Below are positions 21,364 through 31,777 of a DNA stretch of 45,715 nt, piece by piece. The DNA comes from an uncultured virus (IMG/VR IMGVR_UViG_2061766007_004262) (Duplodnaviria; Heunggongvirae; Uroviricota; Caudoviricetes). Each line of letters begins with the position of its first letter. Position 1 is the stretch's first letter. The DNA is taken from IMG/VR virus record IMGVR_UViG_2061766007_004262. The stretch is one strand, 5' to 3'. Position numbers and translations under genes: made by a program. The notes beneath the pieces are model-generated. The model had not been told where the DNA came from and searched no databases. It was given only the letters and a program-made list of their open reading frames with translations.

Positions 21364-21993
21364 TTAAAATCCGTTTGTGAGCTTACGAACATTTTCGACC
21401 AATCTATCATATGTAACAATATGCAGTTCCGGCGTTTCATGTTGCATTTGTCCGCGCAGTTGGTTGGAAATCTCATTCATTCTGGCGCGTCGGCTAACTA
21501 CCAAACAATAATGAATCCCCCAAGATGGAATGCTATTTGCGATATCTGACAGTCCGCAGCTACTTAGGAAATACATTCTATTGTCATCCATCCACCGTTT
21601 CCAATCACGAATCTGTGCCAAACCTTTTCGGACAGCTGACGTTTCGCTATTTGAAGATTTGATTGTGTAATCCACATTAACATCTTCAAACTCAACCAAG
21701 ACGATCTGATGTCCAATGGAATTATGTCCTAATAACATATAATCGGCTCGGTATTCTACCCCCAAGGACTGTTCAGGAACCAAATACGCTGAATGATGCC
21801 CAAAATCGTAGTCTTTTAACAAGGATGCGGGAATAAACCACTTTTTGTTGTGTTTTATATAGTGTTGGATATCATTTTCCTTTGTAGCCGTATTGAGAAT
21901 CTGCTGTAACTGATCCGCTTCTTTTTCAAAATCAATTTTTGCTGATTTTATATCTGTAAGGTCTATAAAATGATCTGGTGCAACAAAATCCAT
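21364..21993 (-). CDS. Shedu-like (DUF4263) nuclease, stand-alone core
   Basis: ENDIQHYIK, YRADYML, VLVEFED, GLAQIRDW and IVTYDRL match the DUF4263/SduA C-terminal pattern. Confidence 0.78.
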   Translation of the reverse strand: MDFVAPDHFIDLTDIKSAKIDFEKEADQLQQILNTATKENDIQHYIKHNKKWFIPASLLKDYDFGHHSAYLVPEQSLGVEYRADYMLLGHNSIGHQIVLVEFEDVNVDYTIKSSNSETSAVRKGLAQIRDWKRWMDDNRMYFLSSCGLSDIANSIPSWGIHYCLVVSRRARMNEISNQLRGQMQHETPELHIVTYDRLVENVRKLTNGF

Positions 21994-22006
21994 GATTTAA
22001 CCTCAC

Positions 22007-22423
22007 TTATTCAATATGACTATCAGTTGTATAGCACTTCAGTACCTCGTACCTGAAGTCAGCATCATTCCACATTTCAAAGTCACAGGCAATAAAAGGA
22101 TGCGCCATTGTACCACCGCTCTTGCCCTGTTTTGAAGTAATGCCAGTGGCATTTGTTAGGTCAATCCACTTTTTGGGTGTCAGAGTAAACTGCGGTGTTT
22201 TGGCGTCGAGCACAAGTCTTTGAAACGCTGCTTCATTGAATTTCGGATTGTTATTCCGTTCCCATGTTGCCAAGAACTCAACTGTGTTGCGACTACGCAA
22301 CCAGCTTTGAATTAAATAACTTGGATTCTCAGCATCAAATCTGCGTGCAATTTTGGTCAAGGAAATATAGCCATCGGACGGATGCAGATATTTGGCAACC
22401 GTTTCTTCGAGATAGGCGTTCAT
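22007..22423 (-). CDS. KilA-N domain protein
   Basis: YISLTKIAR...IQSWLRSRNTVEFL..WE..NNPKFN...GKSGGTMAH..IA..F..W. Confidence 0.85.
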   Translation of the reverse strand: MNAYLEETVAKYLHPSDGYISLTKIARRFDAENPSYLIQSWLRSRNTVEFLATWERNNNPKFNEAAFQRLVLDAKTPQFTLTPKKWIDLTNATGITSKQGKSGGTMAHPFIACDFEMWNDADFRYEVLKCYTTDSHIE

Positions 22424-22517
22424 CTTTGGCTCATAAATCGGCGCCTAGTCTTTTAAAATTGACTCAAAGATTACGTCCAAATACCGATTCCAATCCGCTG
22501 CTCTGATTGGGGACAGC

Positions 22518-22943
22518 TTATTCACACGCACTAAAAACTTCTCTCTGGTTAGCGCATATGCCCATTCCAGTTCTTCTTTTGTCGCTCTTGGCATCTGTTT
22601 TCACCACTTTCGCTTGGTTGGGATTCCGGCAGTTTTCACCTTTCAAAAAGTACACTTCACAGTATTCATCAAAATCGATGATACCTTTCGTGTACTTTCC
22701 ATTGTTTAAGAGCTTATTTAGCACATCTCTGCTCCATTGTGTTTTTCCAGATGGAGAAGGAATCCCTTGGTTGAATAAATAGCCCTGAATAGCTTCCAAG
22801 CTGTTTCCAACTCTGTAGAGCCCGAAAACAGTTCTGACAACTTCCGCTTCCTCTGGCACAATTTCAACAAGCCCCTGCTTGTCCCTTCTGTAGCCGTAGC
22901 AGATTCTTCCGAAGAGTCTCGATTCGATTAATGACAATTTCAT
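22518..22943 (-). CDS. Serine-recombinase DNA-binding domain protein without a catalytic domain
   Basis: YGY....IVPEEAEVVRTVF.LY..G.SL..I...L...GIPSPSG...W....L..LL.N.KY. Confidence 0.75.
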   Translation of the reverse strand: MKLSLIESRLFGRICYGYRRDKQGLVEIVPEEAEVVRTVFGLYRVGNSLEAIQGYLFNQGIPSPSGKTQWSRDVLNKLLNNGKYTKGIIDFDEYCEVYFLKGENCRNPNQAKVVKTDAKSDKRRTGMGICANQREVFSACE

Positions 22944-23307
22944 AATTTTGTTTCCTTTCTAATTATACTGATATCGACGTGCGTTTTCAATATAAAACAC
23001 AAATATTAGTGGAATTAGTCGAAATTCAAAACCTCTATATTAGTGCTTTATATCGTCGGCTGATTGTTTGGGGGATGTTTTTAATATGAAAATGGAGCGG
23101 ATTTCCTTGAAAATCCGCTCCAAAACAGCATTTGTTGTATTATTTGTGGGATAAAAAGAGACAAACAGGCTTGTTTCAGCTTGTTTGTCTCTTTTGCTTG
23201 TGACTATCTTGCAGTTCATAAACAACACCGGTTTGAATTCTTATATTTTCATTATCGCCAATCTGTGGTTCAAGATAGCCATTTTGAAGTTATATGGCTA
23301 TCTTGAC

Positions 23308-23336
23308 TTGACTTTTGGCGATCACTGTGGTATTAT
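23308..23336 (+). promoter_or_regulatory. Sigma-A promoter for fic-hsdMSR
   Basis: TTGACT-17 bp-TATTAT with a TG extension, upstream of fic. Confidence 0.6.
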
Positions 23337-23393
23337 GTAACCATGTAAAAATGGAGCGCAGTGACTATGCCCCGCTCATAAAGGTGAAATCTG

Positions 23394-24452
23394 ATGAGAA
23401 CGATTAACTACAAAACGGAATACAGGGAACTGCTGACACCTGAGATCGTATCCTATCTGGCGCAGATCCATGAACAGAAAGGCCAGCAAAACTTGTTTAT
23501 GGAAGCGCAGAAAGATGCCCTCGCAGAGCTGTTGGAAATAGCTAAAATCCAGAGCACAGAGGCGTCCAACCGTATTGAAGGAATCATTACCACTGATGAC
23601 CGGCTGAAGAAGATCGTGATGAATAAAACGACCCCAAAGGGTCGCAGCGAACGAGAGATTGCCGGGTACCGTGATGTGTTGAATACAATTCACGAAGACT
23701 ATGACTTTATCCGAATAAGACCTGGTATGATATTACAGCTGCATAGGGATCTGTATAAATTCAGCAACTCTTCGATCGGGGGCAACTTCAAGAATTCCGA
23801 CAACATCATTGCGGAAGAATTGCCGGACGGAACAAAAAGGGTCCGGTTCCAGCCTGTTCCCGCGTGGGAAACAGCCGAAGCGATAGAATCTTTGTGCAAC
23901 GCTTTTCAGGAAGCAATAGGCGATGCTGAGATTGATTCCCTGCTCTTGATCCCTATGTTTATCTTGGATTTCCTCTGCATTCACCCGTTCAACGACGGGA
24001 ATGGGCGCATGAGCCGACTGCTTACGCTTCTGTTGTTGTACCGTTCCGGATACTTTGTCGGTAAATACATCAGTCTCGAACGGCTGATTGCTGACAGCAA
24101 AGAAACTTACTATGATGTTTTGCAGGATAGTTCCACAGGATGGCATGAAGGTAAAAACGATTATCTGCCCTTCGTCCGTTATATGCTCGGCATCGTGATC
24201 GCTGCTTACCGTGAGTTCGCATCCAGAGTGGATGTTTTGATCACGAGGGGGCTTTCCAAACCCGGACGGGTGCGCGAGCTCATCCGCAGTACGACCGGCC
24301 GGATCACGAAAAATGAGATCATGAAGCAGTGCCCGGACATCAGTCAACGAACAGTGGAGCGAGCATTGACAGAGCTAATGAACAGCGGCGAGATCATCAA
24401 GATCAGTGGAGGACGCTATACCTCCTATACATGGAATTGGGATAAGGAGTAG
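23394..24452 (+). CDS. Fic family protein with C-terminal HTH
   Basis: Fic motif HPFNDGNGRMSR and inhibitory-type motif SNRIEG. Confidence 0.92.
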   Translation: MRTINYKTEYRELLTPEIVSYLAQIHEQKGQQNLFMEAQKDALAELLEIAKIQSTEASNRIEGIITTDDRLKKIVMNKTTPKGRSEREIAGYRDVLNTIHEDYDFIRIRPGMILQLHRDLYKFSNSSIGGNFKNSDNIIAEELPDGTKRVRFQPVPAWETAEAIESLCNAFQEAIGDAEIDSLLLIPMFILDFLCIHPFNDGNGRMSRLLTLLLLYRSGYFVGKYISLERLIADSKETYYDVLQDSSTGWHEGKNDYLPFVRYMLGIVIAAYREFASRVDVLITRGLSKPGRVRELIRSTTGRITKNEIMKQCPDISQRTVERALTELMNSGEIIKISGGRYTSYTWNWDKE

Positions 24453-24456
24453 AAAC

Positions 24457-25959
24457 ATGGTAACAGGCGAATTGAGAAGCAAAATCGACAGCCTTTGGGA
24501 GGTTTTCTGGACCGGTGGTCTGACCAATCCTCTCGATGTGATCGAGCAGATGACCTATCTCATGTTCATCCACGACTTGGATGATTCCGACAACACCAGG
24601 GCTAAGGAAGCCGCCATGCTCGGCTTACCTTACGAGAGCGTTTTTGCCAAAGAAGTACAGATCGGTGACCGCACAATCGACTGCAGCCAGCTCAAATGGA
24701 GTGTGTTCCATGATTTTCCCGCCGCGAAGATGTACAGTACAGTGCAGGAATGGGTATTCCCGTTCATTAAAAACCTGCACGGCGACAAGGAAAGCGCTTA
24801 CTCCAAGTACATGGGCGACGCTATATTCAAGATTCCGACGCCCCTGATGCTGGACAAGATCGTCACGGCAATGGACGGCATTTATGAACAGATGGCGCAG
24901 CTCAAAGCGGCAGACACCCGCGGCGATGTCTATGAATACCTGCTCTCCAAAATCGCCACTGCAGGCGTCAATGGGCAGTTCCGCACGCCCCGCCACATCA
25001 TCCGCATGATGGTGGATATGATGGAGCCGAAAGCGGACGACGTCGTATGCGATCCGGCCTGCGGCACATCGGGCTTCCTTATCGCGGTCAGCGATTATCT
25101 GAAGGAGAATCGTAAGCAGGAAGTTTTCTTCAACCGTCAGAACAAGGATCATTATATGAACCATATGTTCCACGGCTACGACATGGATCGTACCATGCTG
25201 CGCATCGGGGCCATGAACATGATGACCCACGGCGTGGACAATCCCTTCATCGAGTACCGGGACAGCCTCTCCGATCAGAACCCGGACAAGGATAAGTACT
25301 CCCTGATCCTGGCCAATCCGCCCTTCAAAGGCAGTCTCGATGTGGACATCGTCTCCATCGATCTGCTGAAGGTCTGCAAAACCAGAAAGACCGAACTGCT
25401 GTTCCTGGCGCTGTTCTTAAGAATGCTCAAGGTGGGCGGGCGCTGCGCCTGCATCGTTCCGGACGGCGTGCTGTTCGGCTCCTCCACAGCACATAAAGCC
25501 ATCCGCAAAGAACTCATCGAGAGCAACCGTTTAGAGGCTGTTATTTCCATGCCCTCCGGCGTGTTTAAGCCCTACGCCGGCGTGTCCACCGCCGTACTGA
25601 TCTTCACTAAAACAGGCCACGGCGGTACAGACAAAGTGTGGTTCTACGATATGAAAGCCGACGGCTACAGTTTGGACGACAAGCGCAGCGAGACCAAAGA
25701 AAACGATATCCCAGATATCATCGCGCGATTCCATGCACTAGACGGTGAGCAGGAACGCAAGCGCACAGACCAGAGCTTCTTTGTACCGAAAGACGAGATC
25801 GTCGCTAATGACTATGATCTTTCCATCAACAAGTACAAACAGACGGAGTATGTAGCTGTGGAGTATCCGCCCACCAGTGAAATCATGGCGAAGCTGGACG
25901 AGTTGGAAATGGAGATCAGCGCTGAAATGGATGCCCTGCGGGAATTGCTTGGGCTGTAA
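24457..25959 (+). CDS. hsdM: Type I RM methyltransferase subunit
   Basis: GQFRTPRH, DPACGTSGFL, ANPPF and VPDGVLFG. AAGGAG RBS before ATG 24457. Confidence 0.95.
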   Translation: MVTGELRSKIDSLWEVFWTGGLTNPLDVIEQMTYLMFIHDLDDSDNTRAKEAAMLGLPYESVFAKEVQIGDRTIDCSQLKWSVFHDFPAAKMYSTVQEWVFPFIKNLHGDKESAYSKYMGDAIFKIPTPLMLDKIVTAMDGIYEQMAQLKAADTRGDVYEYLLSKIATAGVNGQFRTPRHIIRMMVDMMEPKADDVVCDPACGTSGFLIAVSDYLKENRKQEVFFNRQNKDHYMNHMFHGYDMDRTMLRIGAMNMMTHGVDNPFIEYRDSLSDQNPDKDKYSLILANPPFKGSLDVDIVSIDLLKVCKTRKTELLFLALFLRMLKVGGRCACIVPDGVLFGSSTAHKAIRKELIESNRLEAVISMPSGVFKPYAGVSTAVLIFTKTGHGGTDKVWFYDMKADGYSLDDKRSETKENDIPDIIARFHALDGEQERKRTDQSFFVPKDEIVANDYDLSINKYKQTEYVAVEYPPTSEIMAKLDELEMEISAEMDALRELLGL

Positions 25960-25983
25960 ATTCGGATTTGTGGGGATGTTGGG

Positions 25984-27141
25984 ATGAGAACAACCTTGAA
26001 AAGAATGGGAAGAATTATAACAGGAAATACTCCCAGTAAAGGAATCGAAGAATACTGGGATTCTCCTGACATTTGCTTTGTTAAACCAGATATAATTGCT
26101 GATTATGGAATCACCGTGATAGCCGAAACAAACGAGCATATCTCTGAGTTTGCAAGATCAAAGGCCCGAGTAGTTGGGGAAGACTCGATATTTGTCACGT
26201 GCATTGGAAGTATTGGTAAAATCGGCATTGCATCGTCAGGAGAATATGCATTTAACCAGCAGATAAATGTAATTGTTCCCAATGAAAAAGTAAATCCCAG
26301 ATATCTTGCGTACGCGATTTTGTATGCGAAACCACGATTAACGGCAGTTGCCAATGCACCAGTAGTCCCAATAATCAACAAGACACAGTTCGGTGATATT
26401 GAGCTTGAGATAGAGGATGACATAGGCAAACAAACAAGAATCGTGGAGTTGTTGGATAGGATAAGCAGAATTATAGAAGTAAGGCAAAATCAACTTCGCA
26501 CCCTCGACACCCTCATCAAAGCCCGATTTGTCGAGATGTTTGGTACTATTGACAATAATCCGTTAGGATTCCCGATAGTTTGTCTACAGGACGTATGTGA
26601 ACAGATTAAGGATGGGACGCATCAAACACCTGAATATACCGAAGACACCATAAACGGATTTAAGTTCTTGTCGTCAAAGGATGTTACTTCCGGGAGAATT
26701 GACTGGCATCATCTCAAGTATATCCCTAAAGCGCTTCATGATGAGCTGTATGCTCGAATAGCGCCAAGGATGGGAGATATACTTCTTGCAAAAAATGGGA
26801 CGACTGGTATAGCTGCAATTGTGGACACAGATGATGTGTTTGACATCTACGTCAGTCTGGCTTTATTGAGGCCGATTGATGTTCATCCAGTATATCTATG
26901 GGCAGCTATAAATTCAGCCGAGACGAAAAGACAATTTGACGCCAGTCTCAAAGGGATTGGCGTTCCGAATTTACACCTTGGTGAAATAAAGAAAGCGAAG
27001 GTTTTGATGCCTCCAAAGGAGCAACAAAACCAGTTCGCCATCTTCGTTTCCCAGGTCGACAAATCAAAAGTTGTCGTGCAGCAGGCACTGGATAAAGCAA
27101 AATTATTGTTCGAAAGTCTAATGCAGCAATACTTCGGCTGA
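25984..27141 (+). CDS. hsdS: Type I RM specificity subunit
   Basis: Two TRDs separated by the conserved spacer LDTLIKARFVEMFG, with C-terminal QVDKSK...SLMQQYFG. Confidence 0.93.
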   Translation: MRTTLKRMGRIITGNTPSKGIEEYWDSPDICFVKPDIIADYGITVIAETNEHISEFARSKARVVGEDSIFVTCIGSIGKIGIASSGEYAFNQQINVIVPNEKVNPRYLAYAILYAKPRLTAVANAPVVPIINKTQFGDIELEIEDDIGKQTRIVELLDRISRIIEVRQNQLRTLDTLIKARFVEMFGTIDNNPLGFPIVCLQDVCEQIKDGTHQTPEYTEDTINGFKFLSSKDVTSGRIDWHHLKYIPKALHDELYARIAPRMGDILLAKNGTTGIAAIVDTDDVFDIYVSLALLRPIDVHPVYLWAAINSAETKRQFDASLKGIGVPNLHLGEIKKAKVLMPPKEQQNQFAIFVSQVDKSKVVVQQALDKAKLLFESLMQQYFG

Positions 27142-27171
27142 GATTATAAGCAACAGTTCAGGAGGAAAAAC

Positions 27172-27567
27172 ATGGAAACCATTGTGATTATATCTTTGAT
27201 TACTGCACTTGCAGCTATCATTGCACCGGTTATTACTGCAGTAGTAAATAATCGGACAAATTTAAAACTAAAGAGAATTGAAGAACATGAGAACAGACTC
27301 AAAAATATCGATTTGCATGAAAGAGAAATCTTAGAAAAAGCCCTTTCAAGCATAGGTATTATGATAAGTTATAACGATAATGACAGCATTAAGGACTCAT
27401 GTAGAAGCATTCTCACTGCAGTTGCTTATGTCGATTCGGGTACCGGAGCGGGTTTGATGGCAATTGTTCGCTCTGTGTTGGATGAAAAAATAAAACTATC
27501 AGAGGATGAGTATTGGGATATATGTAATAAATTGAAGAAAGAGATTCTTAAAAGAACAAATGAATGA
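27172..27567 (+). CDS. Small protein with an N-terminal membrane anchor, inserted between hsdS and hsdR
   Basis: Strong AGGAGG RBS, hydrophobic N-terminal helix followed by a coiled coil, AT-rich. Confidence 0.65.
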   Translation: METIVIISLITALAAIIAPVITAVVNNRTNLKLKRIEEHENRLKNIDLHEREILEKALSSIGIMISYNDNDSIKDSCRSILTAVAYVDSGTGAGLMAIVRSVLDEKIKLSEDEYWDICNKLKKEILKRTNE

Positions 27568-27623
27568 ACAATAATCCGGTTTAATGCATCTATGTATTCC
27601 GAATGAAAATGGAGTGTTATGGG

Positions 27624-30600
27624 ATGACCAACTTTGATATCTTTGCAGAAGAACAGGAATTCGCCTCTTTTGCGGAGCCGGCAGTATCTGCGGAACAGAT
27701 CTACCGGATCGACCCGGCTGCCTGCGTGCTGAATTGCCGCCGCTCGATGGAAGCTGCGGTCAAATGGATGTATTCCGTGGATGCAGCGCTGGTGATGCCC
27801 TATCAGGACAATCTCATCAGCCTCATGAACACAGAGGAATTCCGGGACATAGTGGACGACAACCTGCTCCGTAGGATGGATTATATTCGCAAGACCGGCA
27901 ACGCCGCGGCGCACGCGGGCAAGAAGATCACAAAAGAGCAGGCCGCGCTGTGCCTGGAAAACCTGTTTATCTTCCTGGATTTTGTCGCGTACTGTTATTC
28001 GGCAGATTATCAGGAATGCACGTTTGATCCTTCACTGTTAGAGCAGGAAGCCCCAGCAGCTGCTCCAGTCGTCGATCACGAGCCGGAGCTCAAACTGGAA
28101 GAGCTGATGGCGGAGAACGCAGCCCTTCGCGAAGAACTGACCGCGCGCCGTGCCGAGCAACAGCAGACTTATACGCCCAAACCACTCGACATTTCAGAGT
28201 ATAAGACGCGCAAGCTGTATATCGACGCCATGCTGGAGGACGCCGGCTGGATCGAGGGCAAGAACTGGATCAACGAGTATGAGATCCCCGGCATGCCCAA
28301 CAAGTCTGAAGTAGGCTATGCGGATTATGTACTGCTCGGCGACGATGGGCGAATCCTCGCTGTGATTGAAGCCAAGCGCACCTGCGTAGACGTCGCCAAA
28401 GGCCGCCAGCAGGCCAAGCTGTATGCGGACCTTATCGGAGAAAAGCAGGGCCGCCGACCTGTGGTCTTTTTGACGAACGGTTTCGATACCCGTATCTCGG
28501 ACAATCAATATCCGGAACGCAAGGTTGCTGCATTCTATTCCAAGCGGGACATCGAGAAGCTTTTCAATCTGCACAGCATGCGCAGCAGTCTGAAATACAT
28601 CGTCGTCGATAAGAGTATCGCGGGGCGGTATTATCAGGAAGCGGCGATCAAAGCCGTATGCGACGCCTTCGGGCAAAAGAACCGCCGCAAAGCGCTGCTG
28701 GTCATGGCTACCGGCTCCGGCAAGACGAGGACAGTCATTGCCCTGGTAAAGGTGCTGCTGGAACAGGGATGGATCAAAAACGTGCTGTTCCTGGCAGACC
28801 GCAATTCCTTGGTCACACAGGCTAAGCGGAACTTTGTAAACCTCCTGCCGGATCTCTCCGTCACAAACCTCTGTGAGGAAAAAGACAATTACAGCGCGCA
28901 TGGCGTGTTCTCCACGTACCAGACAATGATGAACTGTATCGATTCCGTGCGGGACGAGGAAGGCAAGCTGTTTTCCTGCGGCCATTTTGATCTGGTGATC
29001 TGCGACGAAGCCCATCGGTCGATCTATAACAAATACCGCGACATCTTTACCTATTTCGACGCGCCATTGGTGGGCCTGACCGCCACGCCGAAGGATGAAA
29101 TCGATAAAAACACCTATGCCATTTTTGAGTTGGAAAGTGGTGTGCCAACCTACGGTTATGAGCTCGCTCAAGCAGTGCAAGATGGCTATCTGGTGGATTT
29201 CATGTCGGTAGAGACAACATTGAAATTCATCCAGCAGGGCATCGTCTACGATGAACTGTCCGAAGAGGACAAGGCCAACTATGAGGATACTTTTGAAAAC
29301 GAAAACGGCGAGCTTCCTGAAAGCATTGCCTCCTCTGCGCTGAACGAATGGATATTCAACGAAGATACCATCCGTGAAGTGCTGCATGTGCTGATGACGC
29401 ACGGCCTAAAGATCGACTACGGTAACAAAATAGGTAAAACCATCATCTTTGCCAAGAACCATACCCATGCGGAGAAAATACTGGAAGTATTCGGAAAAGA
29501 GTATCCGCATCTGAACGGCTATGCCAAAGTCATCGACAACTACATGACCTACGCCCAGAGCGCCATCGACGAGTTTTCAGATCCGAAAAAACTGCCGCAG
29601 ATCGCCATCTCTGTGGATATGCTGGATACCGGCATCGACGTGCCGGAGGTTCTAAATCTGGTCTTTTTCAAAAAGGTCATGTCCAAGGCCAAGTTCTGGC
29701 AGATGATCGGACGCGGCACGCGCCTATGCCCCAGTCTGATTGATGGTGCAGATAAGGACAAGTTTTATATTTTCGATTTCTGCGGGAATTTTGAATTTTT
29801 CCGCATGAACAAAGGAAGGCCCACAGCGAACATGATCGCGCTGTCGGGTGCTATTTTCCATCTGAAATCAGAGATCGCCTATAAGCTTCAGGATCTGGCC
29901 TATCAAACAGCAGAACTGATTGAATTCCGAAAATCCCTGGTCGAGGATATGGTGGGCAAAGTACGTGAACTGAACCGGAACAATTTCGCGGTAAAGCAAC
30001 ACCTTAAGTATGTGGAATTGTATTCCAACCCGGATAATTACAATGCGCTCACTTATGAGGACACATTACTTATCGGGCAGGAGTTAGCGCCTCTGATCGA
30101 ACCGGATGACGACGATGCCACAGCGCTGCGCTTTGATGCTCTGATGTACGGTATCGAGCTTGCTTACCTTGCCGGAAAAAAGTATAGCCGAGCAACGCAT
30201 GACCTGATGAAAAAAGTCGCAGCTGTGGCGAGTGTAGCGAATATACCGGAAATCATGGCCGAGGCAGAGTTACTCGATAAGATCCTGCACACAGATTACC
30301 TGAACAACGCCGGTATCAATGAGTTTGAACATATTCGCGAGAGCCTAAGGGATCTGATGAAGTATATTCCGAAGGGCAGGATCATATATGATACGGATTT
30401 TGATGATGAAATACTGTCAATCGACTGGAAGGAGTCAGAGCTTGACAGCGACGATCTGAAGAACTACAAAGCCAAGGCCGAATACTATGTACGGCAGCAT
30501 CAGGATAATGCTGTCATCGCAAAGCTGAAGAGCAACGTGCCCCTTACCGGCGCGGATGTAAAAGTACTGGAAGAAATCCTGTGGAGCGAAGTCGGCACCA

Positions 30601-30920
30601 GACAGGAATACCAGGCGGAGTACGGTGAAAAGCCGCTCGGTGAATTCGTACGTGAAATTGTGGGCTTGGACATGAACGCCGCAAAAGCCGCCTTTGCCGA
30701 CTATCTGGACGAAACACATCTGGACAGCCGTCAGATCTATTTCGTCAACCAGATTGTGGAGTATATAGTCCATAATGGCATGATGAAAGATCTGTCAGTG
30801 CTGCAAGAGCCGCCCTTCACAGATCAAGGCAGCATCGTAGAAGTTTTTACGGACCTGACTGTATGGATGGGCATCCGGAAAGTGATCGAGCAGGTCAATG
30901 CGAACGCATTGGCTGCATAA
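27624..30920 (+). CDS. hsdR: Type I RM restriction subunit (EcoEI-like, N-terminal DUF4145)
   Basis: ADYVL...IEAK nuclease motif, MATGSGKT, DEAH, LTATP, MLDTGID and QMIGRGTR. Confidence 0.95.
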   Translation: MTNFDIFAEEQEFASFAEPAVSAEQIYRIDPAACVLNCRRSMEAAVKWMYSVDAALVMPYQDNLISLMNTEEFRDIVDDNLLRRMDYIRKTGNAAAHAGKKITKEQAALCLENLFIFLDFVAYCYSADYQECTFDPSLLEQEAPAAAPVVDHEPELKLEELMAENAALREELTARRAEQQQTYTPKPLDISEYKTRKLYIDAMLEDAGWIEGKNWINEYEIPGMPNKSEVGYADYVLLGDDGRILAVIEAKRTCVDVAKGRQQAKLYADLIGEKQGRRPVVFLTNGFDTRISDNQYPERKVAAFYSKRDIEKLFNLHSMRSSLKYIVVDKSIAGRYYQEAAIKAVCDAFGQKNRRKALLVMATGSGKTRTVIALVKVLLEQGWIKNVLFLADRNSLVTQAKRNFVNLLPDLSVTNLCEEKDNYSAHGVFSTYQTMMNCIDSVRDEEGKLFSCGHFDLVICDEAHRSIYNKYRDIFTYFDAPLVGLTATPKDEIDKNTYAIFELESGVPTYGYELAQAVQDGYLVDFMSVETTLKFIQQGIVYDELSEEDKANYEDTFENENGELPESIASSALNEWIFNEDTIREVLHVLMTHGLKIDYGNKIGKTIIFAKNHTHAEKILEVFGKEYPHLNGYAKVIDNYMTYAQSAIDEFSDPKKLPQIAISVDMLDTGIDVPEVLNLVFFKKVMSKAKFWQMIGRGTRLCPSLIDGADKDKFYIFDFCGNFEFFRMNKGRPTANMIALSGAIFHLKSEIAYKLQDLAYQTAELIEFRKSLVEDMVGKVRELNRNNFAVKQHLKYVELYSNPDNYNALTYEDTLLIGQELAPLIEPDDDDATALRFDALMYGIELAYLAGKKYSRATHDLMKKVAAVASVANIPEIMAEAELLDKILHTDYLNNAGINEFEHIRESLRDLMKYIPKGRIIYDTDFDDEILSIDWKESELDSDDLKNYKAKAEYYVRQHQDNAVIAKLKSNVPLTGADVKVLEEILWSEVGTRQEYQAEYGEKPLGEFVREIVGLDMNAAKAAFADYLDETHLDSRQIYFVNQIVEYIVHNGMMKDLSVLQEPPFTDQGSIVEVFTDLTVWMGIRKVIEQVNANALAA

Positions 30921-30941
30921 TGTCAAATACAATAATACATC

Positions 30942-30986
30942 AAAAACCGCTCTCCAACCTTAAAACAAGGCTTTAGAGCGATTTTT
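30942..30986. terminator. Conserved hairpin at the cassette end (copy 1)
   Basis: AAAAC-CGCTCT-ccaa-CCTT-aaaac-AAGG-cttt-AGAGCG-ATTTTT between convergent genes. A near-identical copy is at 34701-34742. Confidence 0.6.
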
Positions 30987-30990
30987 ACGT

Positions 30991-31485
30991 TTAACCCGCC
31001 AGCAATTCCACTGGCACATGCTTCTCATGCGCATACTGGATCGTGAACATCGTCCCGGAGCGCCTACCGTTGAACACCGCTATAACCTTGGCGCTCCTGT
31101 CGACCATCCAGTGATTCCGAACCTCGAACACTCTGTTACTGTAGCCGGAGGATATGTACTTCACGTAGTCGGCGTGCGCCAGCAACGCCTCATATCGTAC
31201 TTTCCAGTATGGTCCCCACAGATCCTCAAAACCGGCGAAGGGCACGGCGGCCACGAGCTTCAACTGCGGATACCTGGTTTTCAGCCTGCACACGATTTCC
31301 CCGGCCATGATATCAACTCCCCGGGCCATCCCGGTAATGAAGGTCGTATATCCTTCCTGAACAGCGCGGTATATAACCTTTTCCAGATCGGCCTGTATTT
31401 CCTCCTGCGGCCGTTTCAGGTATTGGGGCCTGTGCCCGGTAAAGCAGCAGCGGTGGCTGTGCAGTTCTCGTTGCTTCTTGTCCAT
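30991..31485 (-). CDS. SLOG superfamily DUF1273/YspA-like protein (copy 1)
   Basis: CCFTGHRP, FITGMARGVD, RNHWMVD and SGTMFTI.YA. Confidence 0.88.
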   Translation of the reverse strand: MDKKQRELHSHRCCFTGHRPQYLKRPQEEIQADLEKVIYRAVQEGYTTFITGMARGVDIMAGEIVCRLKTRYPQLKLVAAVPFAGFEDLWGPYWKVRYEALLAHADYVKYISSGYSNRVFEVRNHWMVDRSAKVIAVFNGRRSGTMFTIQYAHEKHVPVELLAG

Positions 31486-31516
31486 AGCTTTGTCCCTCTA
31501 TCAATCTGTTAGCCGA

Positions 31517-31765
31517 CTATTGCATGATGGTGACCTGGCACCAAGAACACCCAGCATGCAGATGCCCATTGTAGGGACTGAGTACATAAGTCATTGAAGC
31601 TTTCGCCCCACAGATTGGACAGTCCATTGTTTGCTTTACACCTGGTTCCATCTTTTGTGCCTTCACAATAGCATGCAGTTTATCTATACCTCGAGTTACA
31701 TCAACAGTGCGCCCATCATCAAGAGATAAAGAAACTTTATCCATATCCACTAATCTTTTCATCAT
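31517..31765 (-). CDS. Small zinc-ribbon protein (copy 1)
   Basis: CPICG...YNGHLHAGCSWC, AAGGAG RBS, and a homologue at 35265. Confidence 0.7.
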   Translation of the reverse strand: MMKRLVDMDKVSLSLDDGRTVDVTRGIDKLHAIVKAQKMEPGVKQTMDCPICGAKASMTYVLSPYNGHLHAGCSWCQVTIMQ

Positions 31766-31777
31766 TCAAATTCTCCT

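Noticed and set aside
22518..22943. Functional integrase for the island
   Set aside because: It lacks the catalytic serine-resolvase domain.
25984..27141. hsdS shufflon
   Set aside because: There is only one hsdS, with no adjacent silent TRDs or invertase.
28194..29402. Long antisense ORFs (also 16141-18018, 33200-34087, 37852-38700, 41808-43046)
   Set aside because: These are shadows of GC3-rich genes with no recognisable motifs, unlike the +1 ORF in the intein.
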